64,000 bases of DNA from a candidate division WOR-3 bacterium (GTDB taxonomy: Bacteria; Hydrothermota; Tepidihabitantia; Tepidihabitantales; Tepidihabitantaceae): positions 64,001 through 128,000 of the forward strand of contig JBBISL010000003.1 of NCBI GenBank assembly GCA_037441285.1, written 5' to 3'. This document shows positions 63,896-64,000 of the stretch, piece after piece; the stretch's first letter is position 1, and each line of letters starts with the position of its first letter. The notes under the pieces were generated by a model that was not told where the DNA came from, ran no database searches, and saw only the letters and a program-made list of their open reading frames with translations. Made by a program: the position numbers and the translations under genes.

Positions 63896-64000
63896 ATGAA
63901 TAGTCCAGTGCGGCAGATTCTTCGAGAGTTAAGCCGGAAATTGCTTTTTGTCGGGCTGATAATGGCGATTTTGGGCATGACACCAGCAGCAGCAAGTACC
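63896..64000 (+). CDS. 5' fragment of a probable membrane or exported protein (runs off the window)
   Basis: ATG directly after the previous TAA; open frame MNSPVRQILRELSRKLLFVGLIMAILG to the window end. Confidence 0.55.
   Translation, partial: MNSPVRQILRELSRKLLFVGLIMAILGMTPAAAST

Noticed and set aside
1..64000. CRISPR arrays, IS elements, integrases, prophage or defence genes
   Set aside because: No regularly spaced direct repeats and no transposase, recombinase, phage or defence motifs recognised in any ORF

Overview
A gene-dense, moderately GC-rich chromosomal segment from an anaerobic, two-membrane (diderm) bacterium, with no transposase, integrase, phage gene or CRISPR array seen. LptD, TolC, a PorV-like barrel and a gingipain-like C25 protein with an Ig tail suggest an FCB-group lineage such as WOR-3; this is inference. 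Metabolic content: a sigma-54 two-component system next to a Cys-rich small protein plus glutamate dehydrogenase, porCDAB, a frameshifted lysine-ketoglutarate reductase plus saccharopine dehydrogenase, and an unusual etfA / ferredoxin / soluble fumarate-reductase-like / acyl-CoA dehydrogenase cluster. Housekeeping content: comEC, an rpsR-rplI-tyrS-cca-ftsK run, a MacAB-TolC-Yip1 exporter, rbfA-truB-ribF, tRNA-Ala(CGC)-pdaD, RNA methyltransferases, tldD-pmbA, an RRM protein, lptD and PBP1A. The most notable observations are (1) the anchor-less redox operon, (2) a degenerate dispersed intergenic element found in 2-3 copies, (3) about a dozen apparently leaderless genes, (4) a complete sigma-54 enhancer/promoter architecture driving an uncharacterised twin Cys4 protein, and (5) two structured 5' leaders. 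All family assignments come from motifs recognised by eye; no database searches were run.
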